A DNA stretch of 64,000 nt from an uncultured Planctomycetia bacterium (GCA_964460615.1 CAYWPX010000007.1:4313-68312), one strand, 5' to 3'; shown: positions 22,906-32,433, numbered from the stretch's first letter. Translations and numbers: made by a program. Notes: generated by a model from the sequence alone, not told the origin.

Positions 22906-23721
22906 TTATTTTGCTAAACCGACATAACCTTCTTCATCTGCTATTTTCTGGCCTTCTTTACTCAAAATATAGTCAATGAATTCCTTTGCAAGGTTTTTTG
23001 GCTGACCGTTAGTATACATAAAAAGCGGCCTTGCAAGAGGGTATGTTCCGTTAAGAACAGTATCTTTTGAAGGAGAAATGCCATTTAGCGTTACAGACTT
23101 GACCGAACCTGACATAAAACCCAGCCCAACATAACCTATCGCTCCTGGGGTCTTTGATACAATTGAAGCAACGGCTTGATTAGAAGCCGCCAAGAGGGCA
23201 TCCGGACGGACTTTCTCTTTGTCCATAGCTAATTCACCAAAGGCTTCAAATGTACCACTAGCGCTATCGCGCGATATGACAACTATCTTCTCGTTGACTC
23301 CGCCTATTTGAGACCAGTTCGAATATTTACCTGTATATATACCCTTTACTTGAGATTTGTCTAAAGCGCTTATTTTGTTTCCAGGGTTCACTATTACAGC
23401 AATACCATCCATAGCAACAACAAATGCCTTAGGGTCTTTCCCTTTTCTTATAGCTTCATCAAGCTCCTTTTCTTTCATGGATCTTGAGGCAGTAGCAATA
23501 GCGCATCCGCCATCTATTAAGGATGTGATACCAACTCCTGAACCACCGCCCTTTACTGATATATCGGCGTCTTTATTTTTATCCATAAACTCCTCTGCCG
23601 CTCTTTGCGCTATCGGCAGAACTGTTGTTGAACCTTCTACGATTATTTTTTCAGCATATGAAATCCCGCTAAACACGAGCGCAAACATCACTAGTATCAA
23701 TACACTCTTTAACGACTTCAT
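22906..23721 (-). CDS. pstS: Phosphate-binding protein PstS (second operon)
   Basis: Signal peptide plus a PBP fold. The track start ATGGAGGATAAGATG contains a GGAGGA RBS, so the start is taken as the second ATG (MKSLKS). Confidence 0.85.
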   Translation of the reverse strand: MKSLKSVLILVMFALVFSGISYAEKIIVEGSTTVLPIAQRAAEEFMDKNKDADISVKGGGSGVGITSLIDGGCAIATASRSMKEKELDEAIRKGKDPKAFVVAMDGIAVIVNPGNKISALDKSQVKGIYTGKYSNWSQIGGVNEKIVVISRDSASGTFEAFGELAMDKEKVRPDALLAASNQAVASIVSKTPGAIGYVGLGFMSGSVKSVTLNGISPSKDTVLNGTYPLARPLFMYTNGQPKNLAKEFIDYILSKEGQKIADEEGYVGLAK

Positions 23722-23771
23722 CTTATCCTCCATTAGTCTATTGCTATTTAAATTCCATTGTTCAGATAATA

Positions 23772-25106
23772 CTAAAATTTAACTAGTATATCGCCCATGG
23801 CAAGTGAATGCGGTTTTTTGCTCATGGTTGTCTTTATCGGCTGAGACCAATAGTATCTTAGGCCCAGCTCTGTATTTTTGAATATCAGATAGGAAAGTCC
23901 CGTCACGCATCCCCTTCCATTAGTTCCTCCGCCAACCGATGTCCCGGTGGTAGTAAAACCATAAAAATCTGAATCGGGAAGAATATCGGGAATGCTATCC
24001 CTTCCTATATACCTCAATTCGGCATAATACTTCCAATTACCCACATCTTTCAGGCTTTTATTGCCTACATATGCGCCAGCTGTTGCGGCCATTTTACCGC
24101 CTGTTCCGGATTTAATAGCAGTATTTGTCATAACTTCCCCGTATAATCCATGAGGGACCTCAATATTGAATATCCTCTGATTATCAAGTCTTGCGATTAC
24201 GCCAACATCAATGAACGGATATCTGATACCACCTATATAGGCAGCATTCACGCTTTTAGTAAAACGGGTATTCGTGCTTGTGCTTTCTGAGGGGCTTTTT
24301 GTCTGATAATGCGAAAAATCATAACAAGTCGCGGCAAGATTTAACGTAGTGCCCCAAGGTTGATAAAGATCTGACTTTAAACCTGCCTGCCACCCCCATA
24401 ACATCGCATCGGCCTTTGTAGAAGACACCTCCATAACCCATAGCATCGCAGCATTTCCGTACAAAGTAGTTGCAGGTAAAAATCCATACTTCAAAGTCGG
24501 TGATTCATACTGAATAGCCATACCTTCGGGGCATATATCAGAATCCCAAACCATCTCGGTGGTTTCAAAAGGATTCTGGAATTTACCCATCCATAGTTTT
24601 GATTTATCCACATACTTCAAGGTGGGCTCTATTCTTATATAATACTGGTCAAATGTAACATATTTTTTCTGAAAGCTTCCGCTTAGAGTAATGTTTGTTG
24701 ACCTTGCGTCTGTAGGATTATCGTTCTGGGCCGTTACGAGCCTTCCGCCGCCGTAGATCATATCATTAATTTTAGCCTCTATCCCGAGTCTAAGCCTTAC
24801 CCTTTCTCTGAAACGGTTCTCAATTACCCCCTGGCCCCAGTCAACCTGATTCCTGAAACGCACATCTCCTTTTACCTTAAGCCTTTGAACCCATTCAGGC
24901 ACACCATCCTTGGTCCCTTTCGCAAGCTCTTTTCTAGTCTCTTCTTTTGTCTCAACTGAAATCTGCTTTGCCTCACCGGCAGTCAAAACACCTTTATCGA
25001 CAAGCTTATTCAATAAAATATCTACATCTGTAGCACCAGATACTCTTAACGGCGAAGCTAAGAAAATAAGCGCCGTTAATACTATCACACCCCTTATCTT
25101 TCTCAT
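23772..25106 (-). CDS. Outer-membrane beta-barrel porin, possibly phosphate-selective (OprO/OprP-like)
   Basis: Signal peptide, alternating amphipathic beta-strand pattern, C-terminal ...LVKF ending in Phe; immediately upstream of pstS2. Same ATGGAGGATAAGATG start arrangement as pstS2. Confidence 0.6.
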   Translation of the reverse strand: MRKIRGVIVLTALIFLASPLRVSGATDVDILLNKLVDKGVLTAGEAKQISVETKEETRKELAKGTKDGVPEWVQRLKVKGDVRFRNQVDWGQGVIENRFRERVRLRLGIEAKINDMIYGGGRLVTAQNDNPTDARSTNITLSGSFQKKYVTFDQYYIRIEPTLKYVDKSKLWMGKFQNPFETTEMVWDSDICPEGMAIQYESPTLKYGFLPATTLYGNAAMLWVMEVSSTKADAMLWGWQAGLKSDLYQPWGTTLNLAATCYDFSHYQTKSPSESTSTNTRFTKSVNAAYIGGIRYPFIDVGVIARLDNQRIFNIEVPHGLYGEVMTNTAIKSGTGGKMAATAGAYVGNKSLKDVGNWKYYAELRYIGRDSIPDILPDSDFYGFTTTGTSVGGGTNGRGCVTGLSYLIFKNTELGLRYYWSQPIKTTMSKKPHSLAMGDILVKF

Positions 25107-25143
25107 CTTATCCTCCATTCAATTTTCTATTACATTTCTATAC

Positions 25144-25368
25144 TTAATACAATCCGCCATCATTAAAACAATAGGCGCCAAAAAAACTAACAGGCTCCAA
25201 ATTGCTTTCACGGATCTCTTTCAAGCTTTTTTCAATATCGTTCAGCGCTTTTCCATAATAATCTTTATTGAATTCCCAAAGCGTATCAGACTCTAAGCTT
25301 CCTAATAATGAACTCAATCTTTCTTGCTGGGCCCTGATTCCCGAGATCAAAATATCGTTTTCAGTCAT
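25144..25368 (-). CDS. Small hypothetical protein (74 aa)
   Basis: Strong RBS AGGAGGTG 4 nt upstream of the ATG; lies between the Pho-box promoter and the porin. Confidence 0.45.
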   Translation of the reverse strand: MTENDILISGIRAQQERLSSLLGSLESDTLWEFNKDYYGKALNDIEKSLKEIRESNLEPVSFFGAYCFNDGGLY

Positions 25369-25471
25369 TCTGCACCTCCTTTCTACAACCCAGCTGAATG
25401 TACTAAAATTATTTTGGATGTTTTCATCAAAAAAATTTTAGTATATGCGATGGGGCTGGGCTCTTTGATAA

Positions 25472-25576
25472 TTAAGCGCATCTATAAAAATTGTTCATGT
25501 TCTTCTTTTCTTCTTCAATAATTCTCTTAAGGTAACCATTAATTTTATTTAAAGCCCTGTTTATCTTTTTTTTCAT
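25472..25576 (-). CDS. Candidate small basic peptide (34 aa, MKKKINRALNKINGYLKRIIEEEKKNMNNFYRCA)
   Basis: Found manually; below the track size cut-off. AAGGAGA RBS 6 nt upstream of the ATG; first ORF after the Pho-box-like promoter. Confidence 0.3.
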   Translation of the reverse strand: MKKKINRALNKINGYLKRIIEEEKKNMNNFYRCA

Positions 25577-25638
25577 ATCGCTTTCTCCTTTTTTTTCTTA
25601 ATCTATTTTTGCTTAGAGTATACAAATAATCTGTAAGA

Positions 25639-25672
25639 AATATATGAAGCCTGTGTTAAATCTGTGTAAAAT
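25639..25672 (-). promoter_or_regulatory. Pho-box-like direct repeat with downstream -10 (candidate PhoB/PhoP-dependent promoter of the small-ORF/porin/pst2 unit)
   Basis: Plus strand CTGTGTTAAAT CTGTGTAAAAT, two 11-bp direct repeats resembling E. coli CTGTCATAAAACTGTCATA. On the coding (minus) strand they read TTTACA-N5-TTAACA, i.e. TTHACA repeats 9 nt upstream of TATATT; no sigma-70 -35. Confidence 0.5.
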
Positions 25673-25728
25673 GATATTTTTATGGTTTAAGCAGTTTGGG
25701 GGACGATTGGGGGGAATTATGTGGAAAT

Positions 25729-25768
25729 AAAAAAGCCGGGATATATATTCGATATCCCGGCTTAAAAT
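25729..25768 (-). terminator. Strong (bidirectional) rho-independent terminator after the zinc-ribbon membrane protein gene
   Basis: AGCCGGGATAT-ATATTCG-ATATCCCGGCT stem (11 bp) followed on the minus strand by TTTTTTATTT. Confidence 0.8.
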
Positions 25769-25788
25769 CTTATAAATATAGACTTAAA

Positions 25789-26160
25789 TTATACCTTAAT
25801 GCCTCTTTTTTTCAGTTCTTTAATTTTCTTGTCTGAGCATACCTTACATAAAAAAACAGGTTTTGCATCAGTCTTATCATAATTTTTGGCTTTGACAAGT
25901 CTCCTGAGCTCCGTAACGACACCGCAGTTATCGCATTTACCCGTCTCTTTTATATGCCATACCTCAAAAGCACGGCTCGTAAAAATAAACTTGTCGACCC
26001 AGAAAAATATCGCCCCTCCGATAAGGTTGGCTATCACTGTCTGCCAAATACCTGCTCCCAATTCATGTACAACAATATACAATATCGGTGTTGACAACTG
26101 CCATCTGAATAAATACGTTATAAACCTGACCACAGCTATTCCTTTCTTAATGTAAACCAA
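25789..26160 (-). CDS. Small membrane protein (GtrA-like 2-3 TM N-terminus) with C-terminal C4 zinc ribbon
   Basis: Hydrophobic helices followed by CDNCG...CKVCSDKK; followed by a strong terminator. Confidence 0.45.
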   Translation of the reverse strand: MVYIKKGIAVVRFITYLFRWQLSTPILYIVVHELGAGIWQTVIANLIGGAIFFWVDKFIFTSRAFEVWHIKETGKCDNCGVVTELRRLVKAKNYDKTDAKPVFLCKVCSDKKIKELKKRGIKV

Positions 26161-27482
26161 AAATTAGATCCTTTACCTTCTTCGCTTTCAACGCCTATTT
26201 TCCCGCCATGCAGTTCTACAATATGCTTTGCTATAGATAGCCCCAACCCCGTACCTCCCAATTCACGCGAACGGGCCTTGTCAACTCTATAGAATCTTTC
26301 AAAAATCCTTGATAGATGATCTCTTGAGATACCGATCCCTGTGTCACTAACGGAGATCTTATGCTCGTTATCATTTTCAGATGTTGCAATAGAAATCATT
26401 CCATTTATTTTATTGAATTTTATAGCATTGTCAATAAGATTTATCATTACCTCCGTTATTTTTTCAGAATCGGCTTTAATGATAGCTTCGGAAGTTAGAT
26501 CAAATCTTACTTTGATGTTCTTTTTTTCTATGCATAATTTAAAAGATTCAACAACTTCTTTTATAATAGAATTTAATTCAACCTCTTTGATGTTCAGCCC
26601 GGCTGCCTTTGATTCAATCTTTGAAAGTTCGAGTATATTGCCTATTAGATTTTCCAATCGCACTGATTCTTTTTTTATAATTTCTAAAAAATTTCTATTA
26701 TTCTTCGGATCATCCAATGCCCCATCCAAAAGAGTCTCCACAAAACCTTTTATCGATGTTAGCGGAGTTTTAAGTTCATGAGAAACGTTGGCTACGAAAT
26801 CTTTTCTCATATTTTCAAATTTTTTGATCTCGGTAATATCATATAAAACTAAAAGCGCGCCTCTATTATTTTTATTTGAAACCAGGTCTTTTGTAATAAT
26901 CTTAAGGATCCTGTTTTCCGGATAAAAAATATTGACTTCTTTTTCTATAAAAGATTTTTGCTTTGTCAATACATTGTCTATTGAATCAATTATCTCACTA
27001 TTCCTTAAGCTCTCAAAATAGGGCCTTCCGAGAAAATCGCTTTTTTTAAAACCTAATATCTCACCAAATCTATCATTGGCAAACACTATCTTCTTTTCTG
27101 AATCTACCGCCAAAACTCCCTCAATGAGCGTTTCCAATATAGACGCATTATGCAGCTTTCCCATCTCGAGGCTTGAAATTTTATTTGAGACATTAATAGA
27201 CAGCAAATTGATAGCTTTAAAAAGCGGATCTTTGCCATTTTTGCCTTTAATAAAAATACTTTTTGAATAATTTCCTTCTTCGAATGATTTGAGTGCTTTC
27301 GTCACTTTTTCATAGTCTCTTCTGACTAAAAATTCAATGGAGCACCCGGCTAAAAAACTCAAAAATAAGACTATTGCCCATAAAAAAAGAGGCAAAGCCC
27401 CGTTAAAATTACTTATTGTAAACAAAACCAATAAGGTCATTATTAAAATTATCAGCAAAAATTTGAACTTTATCAAGATCAC
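26136..27482 (-). CDS. phoR: Sensor histidine kinase, PhoR-like (TM-PAS-HisKA-HATPase)
   Basis: H-box FVANVSHELKTPLTSIKG, a PAS domain, and N/G1/G2 boxes; adjacent to phoB and the pst operons. Confidence 0.82.
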   Translation of the reverse strand: MILIKFKFLLIILIMTLLVLFTISNFNGALPLFLWAIVLFLSFLAGCSIEFLVRRDYEKVTKALKSFEEGNYSKSIFIKGKNGKDPLFKAINLLSINVSNKISSLEMGKLHNASILETLIEGVLAVDSEKKIVFANDRFGEILGFKKSDFLGRPYFESLRNSEIIDSIDNVLTKQKSFIEKEVNIFYPENRILKIITKDLVSNKNNRGALLVLYDITEIKKFENMRKDFVANVSHELKTPLTSIKGFVETLLDGALDDPKNNRNFLEIIKKESVRLENLIGNILELSKIESKAAGLNIKEVELNSIIKEVVESFKLCIEKKNIKVRFDLTSEAIIKADSEKITEVMINLIDNAIKFNKINGMISIATSENDNEHKISVSDTGIGISRDHLSRIFERFYRVDKARSRELGGTGLGLSIAKHIVELHGGKIGVESEEGKGSNFWFTLRKE

Positions 27483-28171
27483 TCCATCTCGAATCTGTAG
27501 CCAACATTTTTTATTGTTATTATCTTTTTACCTACATCCTTCAACTTTTTCCTCAGGCTGGCAACATGCACATCAACGGTCCTGGTTTCGAGTTCTATAG
27601 ACTTATCAAGACCCCATACTGCATTCAAAAGAAAATCACTTGAAAGAGCCCTTCCTTTTGAATCGATAAGGACTTTCAAAAGCTCAAATTCTTTGGAAGT
27701 AAGTATCACATTTTTATCTTTGATCTTAACAATATATTTTGAAAAATCTATAAAGAGATCCCCTCTCTTAACCAAACCATTGTGAGTCTTTTTATCTTCA
27801 AACCTTCTCAGTATCGCCTTTACTCTGGCCATTAACTCCTTTGGGCTAAAAGGTTTTGTTACATAATCATCCGCTCCAAGCTCAAGGCCGATTATCTTGT
27901 CAGACTCTTCTGATTTGGCGGTAAGAATTATTATCGGGGATTTTGATAGGGAACTTTGATTTTTAAGATACTTGCAAACTTCGAGCCCATCGATCTTAGG
28001 CAGCATCAGATCTAAGATAATGAGGTCCGGGACTTCTTTCAGGGCAATCTTAATAGCAGAGTCTCCGTCAAAAGCTTTTATAACCTCATACCCTTCTTTT
28101 TCGAGATTATACTCAAGCATTTTTACAATATTTTTGTCGTCTTCTACTATTAATATTCTCTTGCTGCTCAA
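27479..28171 (-). CDS. phoB: OmpR/PhoB-family response regulator
   Basis: REC domain (IVEDDKNIVKML...DLMLP) plus a winged-helix trans_reg_C domain; 4-nt overlap with phoR. Confidence 0.85.
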   Translation of the reverse strand: MSSKRILIVEDDKNIVKMLEYNLEKEGYEVIKAFDGDSAIKIALKEVPDLIILDLMLPKIDGLEVCKYLKNQSSLSKSPIIILTAKSEESDKIIGLELGADDYVTKPFSPKELMARVKAILRRFEDKKTHNGLVKRGDLFIDFSKYIVKIKDKNVILTSKEFELLKVLIDSKGRALSSDFLLNAVWGLDKSIELETRTVDVHVASLRKKLKDVGKKIITIKNVGYRFEME

Positions 28172-28194
28172 TTTTTGTACCGCCTAGCGATTCT

Positions 28195-28995
28195 TTATTT
28201 TCCGTCAGGTGATGAAAAAATTATACCCTTGCTGTATATAGGCCTGCCGAGTTCGTTATCATAGACTGTATGCTCAAAATCATCATTCCAATAGAACGGG
28301 CCCTTAACGTGCCCATCCACGAAAAGCACCATTACCGGTATCTTAGGATAATCGGATTCGCCGCTGCCGCCATGCCCGGGTTTATTCATTGAGATACAGG
28401 CCTCGAGAAAAACTTTATTACGCGGTCTTGTTATTGTAGTTAAAGGCCTTGGCACCTGAACAACACTGCCATCCTGAGATCCGATTGAATAATTAAGTAT
28501 GCTTGCGTTAGCTATATAAGATGTCCCCGCAAAATCAAAGAAAGTATAACCCATCCAATTCGGCGCCCTATCCGCAGGACAATGAAACAACTCTATATTC
28601 GGACTCGACTCATCATTTATGTTCAAATATTTATTCAATACGCGGTTTTTTGCATTAAACTCTTCCGTGTTGTTTACTCCTTTTTTTCCGCCATAAGAGA
28701 AATCCGTAGTCTCGCCTTTTTGAGGCAAATAGCCCCATTTAGGAAATAAATTCCCATGCTCTTCAAGATAAAGGCGCCATGCAATACCATGTTGCCTTAA
28801 ATTGTTTAAACATTGTATGCTTATCGCTTCACCCTTCAACGAAGACAAAACCGGTATGAATAACAAAAAAATAAAGCCGATAATAAGAAGCGTCATTACC
28901 AGCTCAATAGCCGAAAACCCCTTAACGGAAAAAACAAGATAATCCGGTTCAGAGTTCTTGTTTTTTAATAGATATTTTTTTAAAACATGGGTCAT
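28195..28995 (-). CDS. Prepilin-type N-terminal cleavage/methylation domain protein with H-X9-DG motif (DUF1559 family)
   Basis: GFSAIELVMTLLIIG prepilin helix and C-terminal LFVDGHVKG. Confidence 0.7.
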   Translation of the reverse strand: MTHVLKKYLLKNKNSEPDYLVFSVKGFSAIELVMTLLIIGFIFLLFIPVLSSLKGEAISIQCLNNLRQHGIAWRLYLEEHGNLFPKWGYLPQKGETTDFSYGGKKGVNNTEEFNAKNRVLNKYLNINDESSPNIELFHCPADRAPNWMGYTFFDFAGTSYIANASILNYSIGSQDGSVVQVPRPLTTITRPRNKVFLEACISMNKPGHGGSGESDYPKIPVMVLFVDGHVKGPFYWNDDFEHTVYDNELGRPIYSKGIIFSSPDGK

Positions 28996-29044
28996 ATTTA
29001 TATAATACTATAAAATTAAAAGTAGTCCAACAAAAAGTGATTTA

Positions 29045-29725
29045 TTATTTTTTAATAAGTTTTCCCCTGCACGCTTTTACGCACACGCCGCATATAAACT
29101 GATCCGTGAATCTTCTTGCCCTGAAATCCTTCAATTTTTCAAAACATTTCATATAATCAAAATCTTCTTTATTTTCTTTAATGGACCCTGAAGGACAGGT
29201 CTCGATACATATCCTGCAACCTCCGCAACCTTTACCAGAAGGCTTATCGACTTTTAATGGTATATCGGTAAATACCGTTACAAGCCTTATACGCGAGCCA
29301 AATTTCTCAGTAACCAGAAGATTGTTCCTTCCTATCCAGCCAAGCCCTCCCAGATACGCTATTTCCCTGTGAGAAGCCATGCCAAACTGCTTTTCCCAAT
29401 CGATGATTTGTGAGGCAGGTATCGGTAAAGCGCTGTACCCGTCTGATTCTATTTTACTTGCCACAATAAGCGCTATCTGATCGAGCATCTGATTTAATGC
29501 CCTGTAATGGTGAAAATACAACTTTGTAGGATGATCAACTATCTCCTCCAAAACCACCCCAGAAACCTTTACTGCCATGGTTATAGCATAAGGAAGTTTT
29601 TTTATAATATCCTTGTCCATATATATCGTGGATTTTATCTTACTGACTTCTGCCACACCAAAAAGTACTGCGCCATTAGCAAGCGCCAGTTTCTTTAGTT
29701 TGTTATAATTCTCAATTTTTCCCAT
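29045..29725 (-). CDS. Epoxyqueuosine reductase QueG-like protein (DUF1730 plus 4Fe-4S ferredoxin domain), short form
   Basis: LGGLGWIGRNNLLVT motif and a CGGCRICIETCP cluster; 226 aa is shorter than canonical QueG. Confidence 0.5.
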   Translation of the reverse strand: MGKIENYNKLKKLALANGAVLFGVAEVSKIKSTIYMDKDIIKKLPYAITMAVKVSGVVLEEIVDHPTKLYFHHYRALNQMLDQIALIVASKIESDGYSALPIPASQIIDWEKQFGMASHREIAYLGGLGWIGRNNLLVTEKFGSRIRLVTVFTDIPLKVDKPSGKGCGGCRICIETCPSGSIKENKEDFDYMKCFEKLKDFRARRFTDQFICGVCVKACRGKLIKK

Positions 29726-29742
29726 TTTATAGTCTTTCTTTT

Positions 29743-29767
29743 CCCCTATACCCTATACCCTTAACCC
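29743..29767 (-). repeat. G-quadruplex-forming motif on the coding strand (GGG-TTAA-GGG-TATA-GGG-TATA-GGGG) in the mnmG-queG-like spacer
   Basis: Tandem CCCTATA x2 and CCCTTAA x2 on the plus strand. Confidence 0.55.
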
Positions 29768-31624
29768 TTAACGGTTTTTTAGATGCACCATCAATAAGCT
29801 TATAGCGGCGGGAGTGATCCCCGATATTCTCGAAGCCTGACCGAGGTTAAGCGGCTTTACAAAACTAAGTTTTTCCTTGATTTCACTGGATATCCCTTTA
29901 ATGTTTTGATATTCGAAATCCGAGGGTATTTTAATTTTTTCCAGCTTATCAAAACTAGCTATCCTTGAAACTTCTCTTGATATATATCCAGAATATTTTA
30001 CCTCAATCTCAAGCTGAAGCAACAAATCTTTTTCCAAATCTTTTTTATAAAACCCCAATCTCAGAAGATCATCAATATATACACCCGGCCTTTTAAGGAA
30101 TTTGTCTACGCTTGTTGGATTATCAATAGGCGTGAAACCTTTTGACTTTAACAAATCATTGGTGTCTTTCTTTGGATATATAAATTCTTTTTTCAGATTC
30201 TTTAATTCTATGTCTATGATCTTCTTTTTCTCAAGCATATTTCCGTAATCTTTTTTTGAAACAAGGCCGATATTATAACCTTTCTCAGTTAATCTTAGGC
30301 CCACATTATCTTCCCTTAGGATAAGCCTGCTTTCAGCCCTTGAAGTGAACATCCTGTAAGGTTCATTGGTGCCTTTGGTAACAAGATCGTCGATGAGAAC
30401 CCCGATATAAGCATCTGTCCGCTTTAAAATAAAAGGCTCCAAACCCTTAATTTTAAATGCCGCATTCACCCCTGCCATAAAGCCTAAACTTGCCGCTTCT
30501 TCGTAGCCGGTGGTCCCGTTTATCTGGCCGGCTAGATAAAGATTCTGAACTCTCTTTGTTTCAAGCGTCAAATATAACTCTCTTGGGTCAACTACATCAT
30601 GCTCAATACCATATCCAGGAACTACTATTTTAGCATTTTCTAGGCCTTCTATGGAATGGATCAGATCTAGCTGGACATCCAGAGGCAGGCTTGTGGAGAT
30701 ACCATTTGGATAATACTGATCGGAATTTAAACCTTCAGGCTCCAAAAAAATCTGATGCCTTGTCCTGTCGGAGAATCTTACAACCTTATCTTCTATGGAA
30801 GGGCAGTATCTGACACCCTGTGATTTTATTATACCGCTATACAGAGGAGACCTGTCTAAATTCTTTTTAATGATCTCGTGCGTTTTAACATTTGTATAAG
30901 TTATATAACAAGGAACGTTTCTCCCTGAAGATTTTTTGTTCGATAGTGAGAAGGGCTTTGGGTCATCATCGCCGAATTGTTTTTTTAACTTAGTGAAATC
31001 TATTGAATCTTTATGGATCCTTGCGCATGTGCCTGTTTTAAAACGCAGAACCTTAAAACCTTGATGCCTTAAAGATTTTGACAAGCCTACCGCTGATTCA
31101 TCACCCATTCTTCCCCCGGAATGGTGGTCAAGGCCGATATGTATAAGCCCGTTCAAAAATGTACCCGGAGTTATAATGACACACTTGCCGAAAATCTCCG
31201 AACCGTCCTTTAATATTATTCCTTTAACTTTGTCTTTTTCTATAATAATGTCGTCTACAAGTCCTTCTAATATCGAGAGATTATCCTGTGAAAAGAGCGT
31301 TTTCTTCATGTACTCTTCATACAAATCCCTGTCTACCTGGGCCCTCGAAGATCTTACTGCCGGGCCTTTGCTCTGATTTAATATCCTCATCTGTATAGAG
31401 GCATAGTCTGTAGCCTTAGCTATTTCTCCTCCCAAGGCATCAACCTCTTTTACCAGCTGCCCTTTAGCCAGGCCTCCTACGGCAGGATTACAGGAGAGGT
31501 ATCCGATCCTATTCTTCCTTATCGTTACACCAAGGGTCTTAAGCCCTAAGCGCGCGCCTACTAACGCGGCTTCAGAACCGGCATGGCCTAAACCTACAAC
31601 TATTATATCGTAATTTTTTTTCAT
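29768..31624 (-). CDS. mnmG: tRNA uridine 5-carboxymethylaminomethyl modification enzyme MnmG (GidA)
   Basis: N-terminal FAD motif [16 protein letters not shown] and full-length similarity; 618 aa. Confidence 0.93.
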   Translation of the reverse strand: MKKNYDIIVVGLGHAGSEAALVGARLGLKTLGVTIRKNRIGYLSCNPAVGGLAKGQLVKEVDALGGEIAKATDYASIQMRILNQSKGPAVRSSRAQVDRDLYEEYMKKTLFSQDNLSILEGLVDDIIIEKDKVKGIILKDGSEIFGKCVIITPGTFLNGLIHIGLDHHSGGRMGDESAVGLSKSLRHQGFKVLRFKTGTCARIHKDSIDFTKLKKQFGDDDPKPFSLSNKKSSGRNVPCYITYTNVKTHEIIKKNLDRSPLYSGIIKSQGVRYCPSIEDKVVRFSDRTRHQIFLEPEGLNSDQYYPNGISTSLPLDVQLDLIHSIEGLENAKIVVPGYGIEHDVVDPRELYLTLETKRVQNLYLAGQINGTTGYEEAASLGFMAGVNAAFKIKGLEPFILKRTDAYIGVLIDDLVTKGTNEPYRMFTSRAESRLILREDNVGLRLTEKGYNIGLVSKKDYGNMLEKKKIIDIELKNLKKEFIYPKKDTNDLLKSKGFTPIDNPTSVDKFLKRPGVYIDDLLRLGFYKKDLEKDLLLQLEIEVKYSGYISREVSRIASFDKLEKIKIPSDFEYQNIKGISSEIKEKLSFVKPLNLGQASRISGITPAAISLLMVHLKNR

Positions 31625-31675
31625 AAGTTTTTTTGTATTTTCATTAGGATTTTAAAAAGAAGGGGCGTTAACGAG

Positions 31676-31700
31676 ATACGCCGTACTTAATACGCCGTAC
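31676..31700. repeat. Two 11-bp direct repeats ATACGCCGTAC with 14-bp period, between the GAF-ANTAR stop and the mnmG start
   Basis: ATACGCCGTAC-tta-ATACGCCGTAC; each contains GTAC; overlaps a GGCGT/ACGCC hairpin. Confidence 0.6.
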
Positions 31701-31704
31701 AAAA

Positions 31705-32433
31705 CTATTTCTTTAATTCGCTTGCCAGAATTATTGCTTCAGCGATTTCGCGCATAGACTTTCTGGAGTTCATACTGCTCTTTTGTATCTTGCGAAATGC
31801 CTCTTCCTCGCTAAGGCTCTGTTCCTTCATAAGAATACCCTTAGCTTTCTCGAGGAGTTTTCTACTAGCAAGCTCTTCCTGGATTATTTTGGACCTGACT
31901 ATAAGGAGGGCGTTTTCTATAGCAACTGCCGCCTGATTGGCAACCGTTGTCAAAACATCTATTTCTGTCTGAGTAAACACGTGAGGCTCAGATGTATAAT
32001 TATTAAGCACACCTATAACCTTGCCTTTATACACCAGCGGAACGGCTAAAAGGGACTTTAATCCTTCCTTCTTGGCGATATTTTTATATACATATTCGCT
32101 GCCTTGCTGTGTAACGTCCAGAATCGCTATCGGCTTATTGCTCTCAACTACCTTTCCGGCTATCCCTTCGCCGACCTTAAGCGGCGGCTTTTTTATATAA
32201 GCCTCGCTAACCGACTGAGTGGCCCTGATCGTGAGCTCTTTTTTATCTTCATCAAGAAGCATTAAAGAGCATATCTTCGAATTCATAACTTCAGCCGTAA
32301 CGGTAACTATAAGCTTAAGTATATCCTCCAGATAAAGATCGGAAGTTATTGTATCGCTGACTTTTTTTAAGGCCTCAAGCTGTTTAGTATAAAAATTTTT
32401 GTCCTGCTGTGATTTTGATTCTTTTTTTACCAT
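31705..32433 (-). CDS. GAF-ANTAR domain RNA-binding antiterminator-type regulator
   Basis: GAF domain followed by a C-terminal ANTAR helix bundle (EKAKGILMKEQSLSEEEAFRKIQKSSMNSRKSMREIAEAII). Confidence 0.75.
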   Translation of the reverse strand: MVKKESKSQQDKNFYTKQLEALKKVSDTITSDLYLEDILKLIVTVTAEVMNSKICSLMLLDEDKKELTIRATQSVSEAYIKKPPLKVGEGIAGKVVESNKPIAILDVTQQGSEYVYKNIAKKEGLKSLLAVPLVYKGKVIGVLNNYTSEPHVFTQTEIDVLTTVANQAAVAIENALLIVRSKIIQEELASRKLLEKAKGILMKEQSLSEEEAFRKIQKSSMNSRKSMREIAEAIILASELKK

